Source: Candidatus Poribacteria bacterium (lineage in GTDB: Bacteria; Poribacteria; WGA-4E; PCPOR2b). Taken from it: DNA of 64,000 bases. The position numbers and the translations under genes are program-made. Positions 8,863 through 19,429 of the stretch are shown here, one piece after another. The DNA lies in assembly GCA_965198175.1 (NCBI GenBank), contig OZ240245.1, positions 4,384,001-4,448,000 of the forward strand, written 5' to 3'. Position 1 is the first letter of the stretch; each line of letters begins with the position of its first letter. The notes under the pieces were generated by a model. The model was not told the DNA's origin and did not search any database. It saw only the letters and a program-made list of their open reading frames with translations.

Positions 8863-9540
8863 TCAAGTACGCTTTACGCAATAAACGGAAATGGTTGACG
8901 GGTGTCCTTCCGGAAATACAACGTAAGCCTGTTTTTTATGGGTAAATCCACAAAGCTCAAGAAGGTTCAAAAATCCAACGGCGTTGGTTCGACTCGGTTC
9001 AGAGACAATTGCTTCACCATCAGCAACGAGATGCCTCTGAAACAGAAATATGAGGGATCGCCAGTTTTTTTCCTCGTAGATGACGTCTGATGCGAGAATG
9101 AATGAAAATTTTCCTTTCACACACGGTGCATTCCAATCCATTTGAGCAAAGGTTGCTCTGTCTGCACACCCGTGTTGCCAGACGTTGTACCGAGCTAACA
9201 ATAGTGCGTCTCTTTCACAGTCGGTGAAAAGCACCTTGCCACCTTGCTGACACCCCACAATTCCAGCGAGTCCGAATCCACAACCAACCTCCAGGATGCG
9301 CTGCCCTGCTAATCTTATGGTGAGGTCGAGGTGGTTCGCCAAACCAATTGATGAAGACCACAAATATACCCAATACGGAAGATGTAGTGTTCCGTTGCGC
9401 CCCTCTCGACTTAACGTCTCAAGTAACGAATCGGGGTCCTCTACAACAGTCATAGAAATCTGCCTAGAGGCGAGTTGAATAATTCGTTCAGTAACTGGAT
9501 AGCGGTGTTCGATTTGTGGGAGAAAATCGCTAATCTGCAT
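8863..9540 (-). CDS. SAM-dependent methyltransferase, METTL21/Methyltransf_16-like
   Basis: PYWVYLW, ILEVGCGFGLAG, TD, DW, ASDVIY motifs; start may be 9540 or 9585. Confidence 0.85.
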   Translation of the reverse strand: MQISDFLPQIEHRYPVTERIIQLASRQISMTVVEDPDSLLETLSREGRNGTLHLPYWVYLWSSSIGLANHLDLTIRLAGQRILEVGCGFGLAGIVGCQQGGKVLFTDCERDALLLARYNVWQHGCADRATFAQMDWNAPCVKGKFSFILASDVIYEEKNWRSLIFLFQRHLVADGEAIVSEPSRTNAVGFLNLLELCGFTHKKQAYVVFPEGHPSTISVYCVKRT

Positions 9541-9779
9541 AACCGTGGCGTAGAGTGGAGTGCATGAAATGTGACAAGATTTCAAACTGGAATGCTGTTT
9601 AGGATTCTCTCTTGTACATTACCGCGCTCAAACCATCACCCCGGCGACTTATCCCTCGTTAGCGGCGGAATTCTTCAATCATTCCTGCGGCGTTCTTCAG
9701 GGAAAACACCACGAAATCATTCACGCACCCATCTTGTGCAATCCCATGCTCGCTTCTTCACTTCCGAGCGAGATTTTCA

Positions 9780-10463
9780 CTATACGAAAGCGAAGACGCG
9801 CGTCGGGGCGCCGGAACTCCGTACTAATTTCAGTGGTGCAATCACCACGTAAAAATGTGTGGGTGTTAGGCTCAAGTTGCAAAGATCTTCCACTTGCGGA
9901 ATGCCTGTGCCGAGAAAGGTGTGATGGGCGGGGAACTCCTCCGTCTGATGTCCGGACATCGCATCAATACTACACGCGTCCGTCCCAATAACCTTGATGC
10001 CTTTCTTGACGAGCAGTTCAGCAGCATCACCGCTAAAGCCAATCCATTTACGATTGAAGATGTCCTGAAATGCATATCTGTCCATTCCGGTTCGCATAAA
10101 TACGATGCTTCCCGGAGAAATATCACGGTTCTTAGCCATCCATATTTCGATATCTCCCGCAGTTACCGCATCTTCTGGCTGCTTGGTTGCGGAAAAATCC
10201 ATCAGGATGGCATACCCCGTCAACTTATCTTGAGGGATTTCAGCAATAGTATACCCATCGGCATACATCAGGCACGGAACGTCGATATGAGTCGAATAGT
10301 GACCGGATAAATCAACGCGGCTCTCAAAGTAACCATCCTTCTCCATTGTTGCTGTGTCGTAAATCCTAGCAGGATGGATTGGGAGTTCCCGCGGGCTGTT
10401 TTCATCGACTGGGTAGGAGAGATCGATGACTTTCTGAAAATTGATTTGCATTTCTATTTTCAC
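9780..10463 (-). CDS. Cyclase / kynurenine formamidase family metal-dependent hydrolase
   Basis: IDLS, HYSTHIDVP, GTDACSID, H..FL, EDLCNL, APLKL..SGAPTRVFA. Confidence 0.88.
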   Translation of the reverse strand: MKIEMQINFQKVIDLSYPVDENSPRELPIHPARIYDTATMEKDGYFESRVDLSGHYSTHIDVPCLMYADGYTIAEIPQDKLTGYAILMDFSATKQPEDAVTAGDIEIWMAKNRDISPGSIVFMRTGMDRYAFQDIFNRKWIGFSGDAAELLVKKGIKVIGTDACSIDAMSGHQTEEFPAHHTFLGTGIPQVEDLCNLSLTPTHFYVVIAPLKLVRSSGAPTRVFAFV

Positions 10464-10913
10464 TCTTCATTAAACTGCGTTTCCTCTTAAATACTCTGGC
10501 AAATTATAGCACTGTATTGTTTCAAAATCAAGCCTGAAATCGCAGTAAATTAAAATACGGAGGGCGTTCCTTTTTGCTTCGGTGTGTCTGAATCTTTCAA
10601 CGCAGAGGAAAAACCGTTAGTCCCATGTCACCTATTGGTGTCCTATTTTCTCTTTGCCGACAAAAATCTCAACTCGATGAAATCGGTAAAACAGAAGGAA
10701 AATCTGTCCCACGCTACAAGGGATTTGGGGCGATATCGTCAATAGTGCATCGGTCGCGTTTCGCGCTTGACTGGTATTTACCAATATGGTAAAATTCAAA
10801 TCTCCGTACATTTTGTCGAAAATACGGGTTGGCGGAGAAGCCTGAATCAACTCGCCCATCTCTAACATTCTCATAAACTGGACATTGATGTCTATGAGGA
10901 GGAATCCAAATAG

Positions 10914-12044
10914 ATGACTTTGAAAGTCGGTGTCGTTGGCCTGAGTGGAATCGGCACCAACCATACAAGCTGTTATGCAACCGACGAGCTGGCAGAGCTT
11001 GTAGCTGTCTGTGATGTTATCAAAGAGCGTGCGGACAGTGTGGCGGATCAGTTCGGTGTGAGAGCGCACTATAGTCTCAAGGACATGCTGGAGAGCGAAT
11101 CCGAGCTTGACATTGTTGATGTCAGCACAGGGGGAAATGAGAACGGCAGTTGGCACTACGAGCCAACCATGCAGGCACTGGAAGCTGGCAAGCATGTTCT
11201 CGTCGAGAAACCTCTCTCCAATGACGTTCACGAAGCGCGAGATATGGTCGCCAAAGCAGAAGAGAAAAATGTCTACCTCGGATGCAACTTAAACCATTAT
11301 TTCACACCGCCAGCCGATCGGGCGAAGCAGTATATTGAGGATGGTGAAGTGGGCGAACTTGTCTACTGCTTACATAAGATAGGGTTCGCCGGGAGTGAAT
11401 GGACCTATCGTCCTCAGGATTCACCCAAAATTAAGGGCTTCCCGTACTTCCATATGAAAGCTTTTCTATCGCACCCCTTCAGTGTGATGCGATATTTCTG
11501 CGGCGATGTCACGCACGTCCAGGCATTTGTGGGTCGGTCAAGCTTTCGTAAAGGTGCAGGCGATGTCATGTTATCAATCAACAGCATACACGTCAAATTT
11601 GCCAATGACTGCATCGGCTATCTTCTCAGCCAACGGGGTGACACGACGTTTGGCTTGGGTGGCTGGTGGAGTATTGAAGTGGGTGGAACCCGAGGCACGT
11701 TCTGCGTGGAAAATTGCATTGAGAAGGTAACATTCTGGCCAGGTTCCGGCGCGGGGAATGCCTCACAACCCGAAAAATTGGACGTGGGAGCATCTTCGAT
11801 GCCAATCGTCACGAATTCCGGTATAACAGATTTCGGGCAAACTTTTCATCGAAGAATTCATGCTTTTCTGAAAGACATCACAAACGATGCGCATCATGAC
11901 CGATTAAGGGCTTCGGGGAGGGACGCATTGGCAGCTCTGGAATATACATGGGCGGCGATGGAATCGTATGAACAGGGCGGCATTCTCGTTCGCCCCCATC
12001 CGTTGCCTCGATTGCACGGTAACCCCGAAAGTCCTTCGAATTAG
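10914..12044 (+). CDS. Gfo/Idh/MocA family oxidoreductase
   Basis: VGVVGLSGIG Rossmann motif, GKHVLVEKP. Confidence 0.9.
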   Translation: MTLKVGVVGLSGIGTNHTSCYATDELAELVAVCDVIKERADSVADQFGVRAHYSLKDMLESESELDIVDVSTGGNENGSWHYEPTMQALEAGKHVLVEKPLSNDVHEARDMVAKAEEKNVYLGCNLNHYFTPPADRAKQYIEDGEVGELVYCLHKIGFAGSEWTYRPQDSPKIKGFPYFHMKAFLSHPFSVMRYFCGDVTHVQAFVGRSSFRKGAGDVMLSINSIHVKFANDCIGYLLSQRGDTTFGLGGWWSIEVGGTRGTFCVENCIEKVTFWPGSGAGNASQPEKLDVGASSMPIVTNSGITDFGQTFHRRIHAFLKDITNDAHHDRLRASGRDALAALEYTWAAMESYEQGGILVRPHPLPRLHGNPESPSN

Positions 12045-12080
12045 CTGGGGCAGTTCAATGAAGTCTTATCATTAACCGTG

Positions 12081-13247
12081 TCAATCCCAAAAGGGCAGTA
12101 TCCATTCTTGCTTAATGTCTAAGCCAAATCCAGGGCCATCATTCGGTGTAATGTAGCTGTTCTTGGGTACTGACTCGCCTTCAAACGGTTTTGTTTCTTC
12201 CAACGGTACTCCGGGGGGTGTTCCGACGAAGTATTCAACCCAAGGTGTATTGGGCATCGCAGCGGAGAGATGAAGTCCATACTGATTCAGACCGCCGCCG
12301 TGAAAAATGACGGTCAGCCCGGCTGCATCTGCCATGTGGCAAATCTTAACACATTCCGTGATCCCACCAACCCAAAAAATATCCGGCTGAAGAATGTCCA
12401 AACACCCTTGCTCAATAAGCAGCTTGAAGGGCCACCGGGTGTGTAGATGTTCTCCGCTAGCGAGGGACATCCAGTTTACGGCATTGCGAACCACTACGTG
12501 CCCATCAATATCCTCGGGAATGAGAAATTCTTCAATCCATTTCAGTTGGTACGCCTTGAGCCGGCGAGCCAAGCGAATCGTGTAATCGACATCGAAAGCC
12601 ATGTAGCAATCCAGCATAATCTCTACGCTATCACCGACCAACTCGCGTGTCTCAGCAACGAGTTTTTCATTCGCATTCAGTCCCCATAGCCCGTCAGTGG
12701 GGCCATAGGGGCACGCTAGTTTCACGGCCTTGAATCCGAGTTCAATCTGCCAATCTGTGTCGTTGCCAGTTGCATATGCGAAGAGTCTATCTCGTACCGG
12801 TCCACCTAACAACTCGTAAACGGGCTGGTTCCTAATTTTGCCCATAACATCCCACAGGGCGAGGTCAATCGCGCTCATTGCACAGCTTGTCAAGCCAAGT
12901 GAACCGTAGGGTTTCGACATCCGGAACATCATATCCCAGATTTTCTCGACTGCGAAACAGTTTTCACCTATCAGCATTGGAGCGAAGTGGCCATCAATAA
13001 TGGTAGCCACAGGGTCTCCAAACGAGGTTTGCCCTAGTCCCCACGTGCCATCTTCCACGGTGACCTTCACAAAGACATCTCCCCATTTCGGCAACCAACT
13101 GGACCGGTGACGTTTATATCTAGGATATTTCGACATCGGGTTGGCGACTTCCGCGCTTTCGACCCAAGACGGGCGTCGTGGCAGTGTGTGCTTGATGTCA
13201 CGGAATGGAATGTTCACTTTGACAGGTTGTATCTCTTTAATCTTCAT
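12081..13247 (-). CDS. L-rhamnonate dehydratase-like enolase superfamily enzyme
   Basis: VANPMSKYP..K..RSSW, SAIDLALWD, MLDCYM, WIEE, GEH, LQPD. Confidence 0.8.
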   Translation of the reverse strand: MKIKEIQPVKVNIPFRDIKHTLPRRPSWVESAEVANPMSKYPRYKRHRSSWLPKWGDVFVKVTVEDGTWGLGQTSFGDPVATIIDGHFAPMLIGENCFAVEKIWDMMFRMSKPYGSLGLTSCAMSAIDLALWDVMGKIRNQPVYELLGGPVRDRLFAYATGNDTDWQIELGFKAVKLACPYGPTDGLWGLNANEKLVAETRELVGDSVEIMLDCYMAFDVDYTIRLARRLKAYQLKWIEEFLIPEDIDGHVVVRNAVNWMSLASGEHLHTRWPFKLLIEQGCLDILQPDIFWVGGITECVKICHMADAAGLTVIFHGGGLNQYGLHLSAAMPNTPWVEYFVGTPPGVPLEETKPFEGESVPKNSYITPNDGPGFGLDIKQEWILPFWD

Positions 13248-13400
13248 TATGTTCTCCTAGTGCTATCTCGTTCAACAAGCATTGATTAAACGTCGACCAA
13301 GCAGCAACAACAGCGTTGCCATCGTTAAGATGGATTTCTAATGGATTTTATCACAGGAAACCGCTACTTCTGGAGGGGGTTGAATGTGTTGGAATCTGAG

Positions 13401-16142
13401 TCAGTGGGAAGCCGACATCGGCACCTTGGCAGGTTCTATGCGGACGGGGCAGACTTTGAGTTCAGCGGTCTGTGTAACCGGGTCATAGCCTGAGCCTGTT
13501 AGGATGTTCACAGGCACATCGCTGAAGCTAAAGCTGGCGAACACCGTCCCACGTGGGGAACGCTGCGTGGCTTTAACTTTGATCTTTACAGATCCGCGTG
13601 CGCTCGTCATCTGGCACCAACCACCATCCGTAAGCTCCCATGCCTCAACGTCGTTAGGGTTAACCTCAAGGGCCTCCTCTGACAGCAGATAGTCGATGCC
13701 CTGCGAACGACCGGTTTGTGTGCGTGTGTGGTAGGACTCAAGTCGGCGCCCGGTTGTAAGCCAGACGGGGAAGTCCTTTCCGACTGTCTCTGCCGGATCT
13801 CGATAGTATATGAGCTTGAAGATGCCGCGACCGTTCTCGAACTCATCCTGGTGTAGCATCGGTGTGCCGGGGTGCTCTCTGTGAGGAACCGGCCACTGGT
13901 ACATCCCCTCGTCAATCCGGTCCCAGTCGATACCCGCGTAGAGGGTTGAAACACTACAGAGTTCGTTGAAAATCTCCTTTGCGGACCCGAAATCGAAGCC
14001 CTGAAAACCGAGGCGTTTGGCTATCTGGGAAATAATCCACCAGTCCGGCTTTGCCTGACCCGGTGGCGGCACAGCAGCGCGAACGCGCTGTACACGGCGT
14101 TCTGTGTTTGTACACACCCCGTCGGTCTCGCCCCAGGCAGTCGCGGGCAACACGACATCGGCGAGTTGTGCGGTATCGGTTAAGAAGATATCCATCACAA
14201 CGAGATGGTCGAGACTCCTGAGTGCGTGTTCACAGTGTGCTCGATTGGGATCGGAGAGCAGTGTGTTCTCGCCATCAATAAGCATTGCCCGAATCTGATC
14301 GCCGCAGAGGTCGAGCGCCGTTACTTTGGTGATTCCCTTGTCTAGGTCTATGTTGGTACCATAGAGGGTATTGAATTTCGCTTGGTTCGCAGGATCGGTG
14401 ACGGGTTGGAAACCAGGGTAGTTGTTCGGGAGTGCTCCACTATCTCCCGCACCTTGGATGTTGTTCTGACCGCGCATCGGGTTAATGCCGGTTCCCTCAC
14501 GACCGATGTTGCCGGTCATAAGGACGAGGTTACAGAGACTCTGTACATTGTCAACACCACAGATGTGCTCGGTGACGCCGAGTGTATAATAGATTGCAGC
14601 CTTGTCAGCCGTACCGTACGAAATCGCCGCCAGTTCAATATCTCTCGCAGGGACACCCGTTATCGTTTCAGCCCACTCCGGCGGGAACGCCTTGACATGC
14701 TTGAGAAAGTTCTCACTGTCGGTCGTGCGATTCGAGATGAAATCAAAATCGACAAGCCCCTCACGGGCGATTACGTGCGCCATTGCGAGCAAGAGTGCAA
14801 CATCCGAACCGACCCGAATCGGGAGATAGAGATTCGATAGGCCTACGAGTCCAATCCGCCGCGGATCGGCAACGATAAGCTTTGCTCCCCGTGCAATTGC
14901 TTTCTTGAGGCGTGTTGCCGCTACAGGATGGCATTCGGTCATATTTGTCCCAATGCAGAAAATAACATCAGGTTTCTCCATGTCAATGAGCGGGTTCGAC
15001 ATCGCACCGCGTCCGATTGTGGCTGCCAGACCGGCAACCGTCGGCGCGTGTCAGGCACGGCTACAGTTGTCTATGTAGTTCGTTCCGAAGCCAGCGCGGA
15101 TGAACTTCTGCATAAGGTAAGCTGCTTCACTCGGTGCACGGCCCGAAGCAACACCGTAAATGCTATGTCTACCGTATTTCTCTCGCACTTTGCGGAAACC
15201 ATCAGCCGCGCGATCGAGCGCTTCGTCCCAACTCGCTTGGCGGAGTTGACCGTCGTTGCTGCGAACTAACGGTGTAGACAACCGGTCAGAGTGCTGCACA
15301 AAATCGAAGGCGAATTGACCCTTAACACAAAGCGCGCCTTGGTTTGCGGGACCATCCATTGCCGGGTGGATACCGATGAGCTTATCTTTTTTGGTCAAAA
15401 TGTCAACCGAACAACCGACGCCGCAGTATGGGCAAATCGAGCGTGTTTTCTCGATTTCGCCCGGGAGATTCTTTGCACGTAGTGCCTTCTTGTCAGCAAG
15501 TGCCCCGGTGGGGCACGTCTGTACGCATTGTCCACAAAAGGTGCATGCAGAGCCTTTCAAAAAACCGTTGAACTCAGTCGTAATCTGCGTGTCGAAGCCA
15601 CGATTCATTACGCTTATGGCGTAATCTCCCTCCTGTTCAGCACAAACACGCACACACCGGTAACAGGAAATACAAAGATCGTAATCGCGCAGAATGAAGG
15701 GATTTTCGTCGTCCGTGTTGCTAACGCCGGATTGTTTGCCCTTGAAGCGCCCCGTGCGTGCCCGGTAGCGTTCGACAAGGGTCATAAGCTCTTGTGACGC
15801 ATAGCCGCGCAGCGGATGGACATCAAGTTCTCGGTTCTCGGAGACGACCATCTCAAGCAGAACCTTGCGGTGCTTCTCGATTTCCTCCGTTACTGTTCGG
15901 ACGACCATACCGGGTGTTGCCTTCGTCGTGCAGGAGGCAACCGGATTTCGCGTTCCTTCAAGTTCGACGATGCAGAGGCGACATGCTCCGAAGGAATCAA
16001 GGCGGGGATCATAACAGAGCGTCGGAATATTTATTCCATGGCGGTGCGCGACATCGTAAATCGTTCCACCCTCTGTAAAGGTCTTCGTCTCGCCATCCAG
16101 TGTTATTGTGGCAGGCTGCGTTTCTATCTGGGTCGAATTCAT
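13401..16142 (-). CDS. fdhF: Formate dehydrogenase alpha subunit, selenocysteine-containing, with N-terminal 2Fe-2S/4Fe-4S domains
   Basis: ORFs 15051-16238 and 13401-15002 are in frame across TGA 15053-15051: NCSRA-U-HAPT; CPYCGVGC, RGQNNIQG, C-terminal molybdopterin dinucleotide-binding domain; ATG 16142 after AAGGA. Confidence 0.92.
15021..15053 (-). promoter_or_regulatory. Sec UGA codon and bacterial SECIS element
   Basis: UGA, 11 nt, then GGUUGCC-GGUCU-GGCAGCC hairpin, like E. coli fdhF SECIS. Confidence 0.88.
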
Positions 16143-16250
16143 CGCGTGCTTCCTTTTTTCACTGAGTGCTTTTGTCGTTGCGGACATCCTATTGTCATAA
16201 AATTCGGATTCTGCCGTGAAATCACACTGAATCTGCATTTCTGTTCTGTC

Positions 16251-17921
16251 TCAAGCCTCAAAGTATTGCGCAATCCGTTCCGGAAAATACTTCATCAAGC
16301 TGTCTGTAATTAGCGGTGCTGCCATCCCGAGTCCACATGCACTGGTTGCTTTCATTACCCTACCGATGTCTTTCACCTCGGCAATCCATTTTCCCAGTTC
16401 TTTGGGCCCCGCCTTCATAGCTAAGCGCTCGGTGAGGCGCTGCGTGCCGATTCGACATGGGAAACACTTTCCGCATGACTCTTCGGCAAAGAATTCCATC
16501 GCGCTGCGTGCCGATTGGACCATGTCCCGACTGTCATCGAACACTATTATCCCGCCAGCGCCGAGCATTGAGCCTTTGCTCCGCAAGCTTGCCTCATCAA
16601 GTGTAACGTCAAGATCCTCTCCTGCGAGAAAGCCGCCTGAAAGCCCCGCCATTGTAACCGACTGAATCGAATGGTTGTCGCGTGGACCGCCTGCCCAGTC
16701 ATAAAGCAGCGTCTTCAGCGGCAGCCCAAACGGCACTTCGTAGTTACCGGGTCTTCGGATATCGCCAGAAAGACTGATTACTTTTGTGCCAGCGTGACCT
16801 TTCATGCCGAGCGCCCGATACCAGTCTGCGCCCCAGCGCAGGATATGTGGCACCGAGGCGAGGGTCTCGACGTTGTTGACAGCTGTGGGCAGATTCTCGT
16901 AACCGTGCGTCACCGGATAGGGTGGGCGGTTGCGTGGGAAGGGATGTTTCCCTTCTAGACTATTCAGTAGTGAGCCTTCCTCTCCGCAGATGTACGCACC
17001 AGCTCCGCGTCTCAGGTGAATGCGGAAACTGAAATCACTTCCAAGCACCTCCTCGCCGAGGTAACCGCCTGCCTCTGCTTCAGCAATCGCACGTTCGAGA
17101 ATCTTGAATGTGTCAGGGTACTCATACCGAAGGTAGATAAAGCCGCGTGTTGCACCAGTGGCGTAGGCTGCGAACGCCATTCCCTCGATTATAACGTGCG
17201 GGTCGTAATCGAGGATTGCCCGGTCCTTAAAGCATCCGGGCTCGCCCTCATCCGCGTTGCAGATAATTGTTTTCGGATTGCCAGGGGCTTCGGCAACCGC
17301 TTTCCACTTGAGTCCGGTTGGAAAGCCCGCACCTCCGCGTCCCGCCAGCTTGCTTTTTGTGACAAGCTCGATAACCTCGTTAGGTCGCATCTCCTTCACA
17401 GCCCGCTCAAGCCCTTCGTAGCCGCCGGTTCGGCAGTAGCCCTCAATGTTAGATCTGCCAGGCGTGCGAATCGAGGCGAAGACACACTCTTCGATACCGC
17501 CCGGATTCGGCGGAGGTAAAGGCGAAGGTCGAGCTGCTAGTGTATCCGAATTTGCTCCAACGAATACCTTGTGGCCTTCCAGAACAGGAACGAAATCGTC
17601 GCAGCGACCTGCACAGGGCATCGCTGTCGCGCCTTCCTCCCTGAGATCTTCGATGATTTCTTTTCCACCTTCTAAAGAACATACGGGACCCATGCAGACC
17701 CGCGGCGCACGTTGTCCCGGGGAGGTACAGGAGAAGTGGTGGTAGAAAGTGACGATGCCGAAGAGATCTGCCAGTGGAATTTTGAGCCCGAGAGCCGCAC
17801 GCCGGAGGGACTCATCCGAAATAAAACCGTCTCGGTCGTGAAAGGCGTGTAGCAACGGAAGCAGCGGCGCCGGCTCGCTACACCAACGCTCGACGAGTTC
17901 CTGGTTCGTAGGAGCTATCAT
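16251..17921 (-). CDS. NuoE-NuoF fusion (NAD-binding diaphorase subunit of FDH)
   Basis: N-term C-x4-C...C-x3-C 2Fe-2S; GRGGAGFP, NADEGEPG, YICGEE, ESCGKCFPCRIG, SACGLG. Confidence 0.9.
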   Translation of the reverse strand: MIAPTNQELVERWCSEPAPLLPLLHAFHDRDGFISDESLRRAALGLKIPLADLFGIVTFYHHFSCTSPGQRAPRVCMGPVCSLEGGKEIIEDLREEGATAMPCAGRCDDFVPVLEGHKVFVGANSDTLAARPSPLPPPNPGGIEECVFASIRTPGRSNIEGYCRTGGYEGLERAVKEMRPNEVIELVTKSKLAGRGGAGFPTGLKWKAVAEAPGNPKTIICNADEGEPGCFKDRAILDYDPHVIIEGMAFAAYATGATRGFIYLRYEYPDTFKILERAIAEAEAGGYLGEEVLGSDFSFRIHLRRGAGAYICGEEGSLLNSLEGKHPFPRNRPPYPVTHGYENLPTAVNNVETLASVPHILRWGADWYRALGMKGHAGTKVISLSGDIRRPGNYEVPFGLPLKTLLYDWAGGPRDNHSIQSVTMAGLSGGFLAGEDLDVTLDEASLRSKGSMLGAGGIIVFDDSRDMVQSARSAMEFFAEESCGKCFPCRIGTQRLTERLAMKAGPKELGKWIAEVKDIGRVMKATSACGLGMAAPLITDSLMKYFPERIAQYFEA

Positions 17922-18305
17922 CGTACACTCCAGCTTCCAAGTCAATTTCAATCTTGTATATCAGGGAACAGTTCTGTATCACCTGTTTTGGTAATGGTAT
18001 CACGTAATTGATTGCAGTGTCAATCGAATTTTGACCATCTTCTTCACTCTTATTGTATCGCAAGAAGTAGATACAGGCTTTTCTCTTCAAGTTACGAATC
18101 TCTTCCCCTTTAACAAGGGGGAGTTGGAGGGGGCGCGGTGCAAAACGTCCTTGCGTTTTATATCTGAAAACCGGTAACAACTTGTTACGAAAAAAAATCG
18201 AATTTTGTGTGACACTCTTTAGCCTAATTTGTACACTTAATTTTAAACCGTATTAGATCGCACTTAAGGTGTGAATGCCCCTGTCAATCTGCTCTGGGGA
18301 GTGCT

Positions 18306-18959
18306 ATGCGAGTTGATGCGAAGTCGAGCGATGCCGAATTGGTACGTCAAACTTTGGAGGGCGATAATAACGCCTTCTCTCTGCTCCATAGCAGGTACAA
18401 AGCCCGTTTACTATCGTACGCCTTCAAGAAAATGGGGAACCAAGAAGATGCTGAAGACGTTGTCCAAGAGACCTTTATTGAAGTCTTCCAATGTCTGCGA
18501 AAACTTGACCGCCTAGAAAAATTTGCCGGCTGGATGTTCGTCATAGCATCTCGACTCATAGCTCGAAGGTATCGAAAACGCCAAAAACAGGTTGAGTGTA
18601 TATCGTTCTCGCATCGTGGCGATGAAGCGGAGGTGTTTGAGGTCGCCGCAACGCTTGCGCATCGCCGCGCCGCGCAACGAGCGGAAATCACCGAGCTGCA
18701 AGACGGGCTTGAAATTGCAATTGATTGACTCCCCGACTCAATACGAGAACCGTTACGCCTGCGAAATGCGGGCATGAGCTACAGAGAGATTGCCGAAGCT
18801 TTGGGTATAACCGAAAATGCCGTCAAACGGCTTATAATTGGTGAAGCCCTCAACCGTGCTCGTGGCAACCAAACGGTTGCCGCTCAACTCTTGGGCATGT
18901 CGAAAAATGCGCTGAACAAGCGTTTAAACCGTTCCCGAACGTCATCGGACGATGAGTGA
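18306..18959 (+). pseudogene. ECF sigma factor (regions 2 and 4) fused to Fis-type HTH, interrupted by in-frame TGA at 18726
   Basis: DAEDVVQETF, FAGWMF; frame continues AID*LPDSIRE..MSYREIAEALGI then EALNRARGNQTVAAQLLGMS. Confidence 0.7.
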
Positions 18960-19040
18960 AACGGTGTTTGCTTTTCCCAACCTCGCTCTCTAATTTGTAT
19001 CAACCCTCTACTTTCACCGACAACCACTCCTTCAAAGGGG

Positions 19041-19075
19041 TGCGCCATTTGGCGCTTTTGCACACATTTGGCGCA
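19041..19075. promoter_or_regulatory. Tandem dyad sites, putative enhancer (UAS) for a sigma54 activator
   Basis: TGCGCCATTTGGCGCT and TGCACACATTTGGCGCA resemble NtrC-family boxes, about 200 bp upstream of the -24/-12 promoter. Confidence 0.5.
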
Positions 19076-19271
19076 CATTGCCCAAATTCTTGTCTAGCAA
19101 GGCTTCGCTCGCCTCTCGACCCCAATTTCCCCGAATTGTGGCGCACCCCTTTCCATATCTCGTCAGGACGCTACCGCTCTAGTTTGAAAAACAATTTAAC
19201 TGCCCGTATCCCTTGACACATAAGGATTTCCGAGTCCAAACGGAGCCTAAATTGTAGGGAATTATTAGTAT

Positions 19272-19286
19272 TGGCACATAACTTGC
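19272..19286 (+). promoter_or_regulatory. sigma54 (-24/-12) promoter
   Basis: TGGCAC-ATAAC-TTGC with exact GG-N10-GC spacing. Confidence 0.75.
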
Positions 19287-19429
19287 TTATTACCATGGAC
19301 AGTACCTCAAGCTGCAGAACGGTCTGCAGTGGTCGCAAAAATTTTCGGGGTGACCGTTTAGTGTCAACAGGGTAAGTATCCCGACTTGCAACTGCAAACT
19401 AACACCAAATAAGAATGGAGGATTTCACA

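Noticed and set aside
10632..11231. 199-aa minus-strand ORF and similar long antisense ORFs (e.g. 61475-62296, 51528-52067, 17016-17519)
   Set aside because: Shadow frames opposite well-supported genes, with no recognisable motifs.
18726..18728. Selenocysteine in the ECF sigma factor
   Set aside because: The position is a variable non-Cys residue before LP of region 4 and the hairpin is weak, so a nonsense mutation is more parsimonious.
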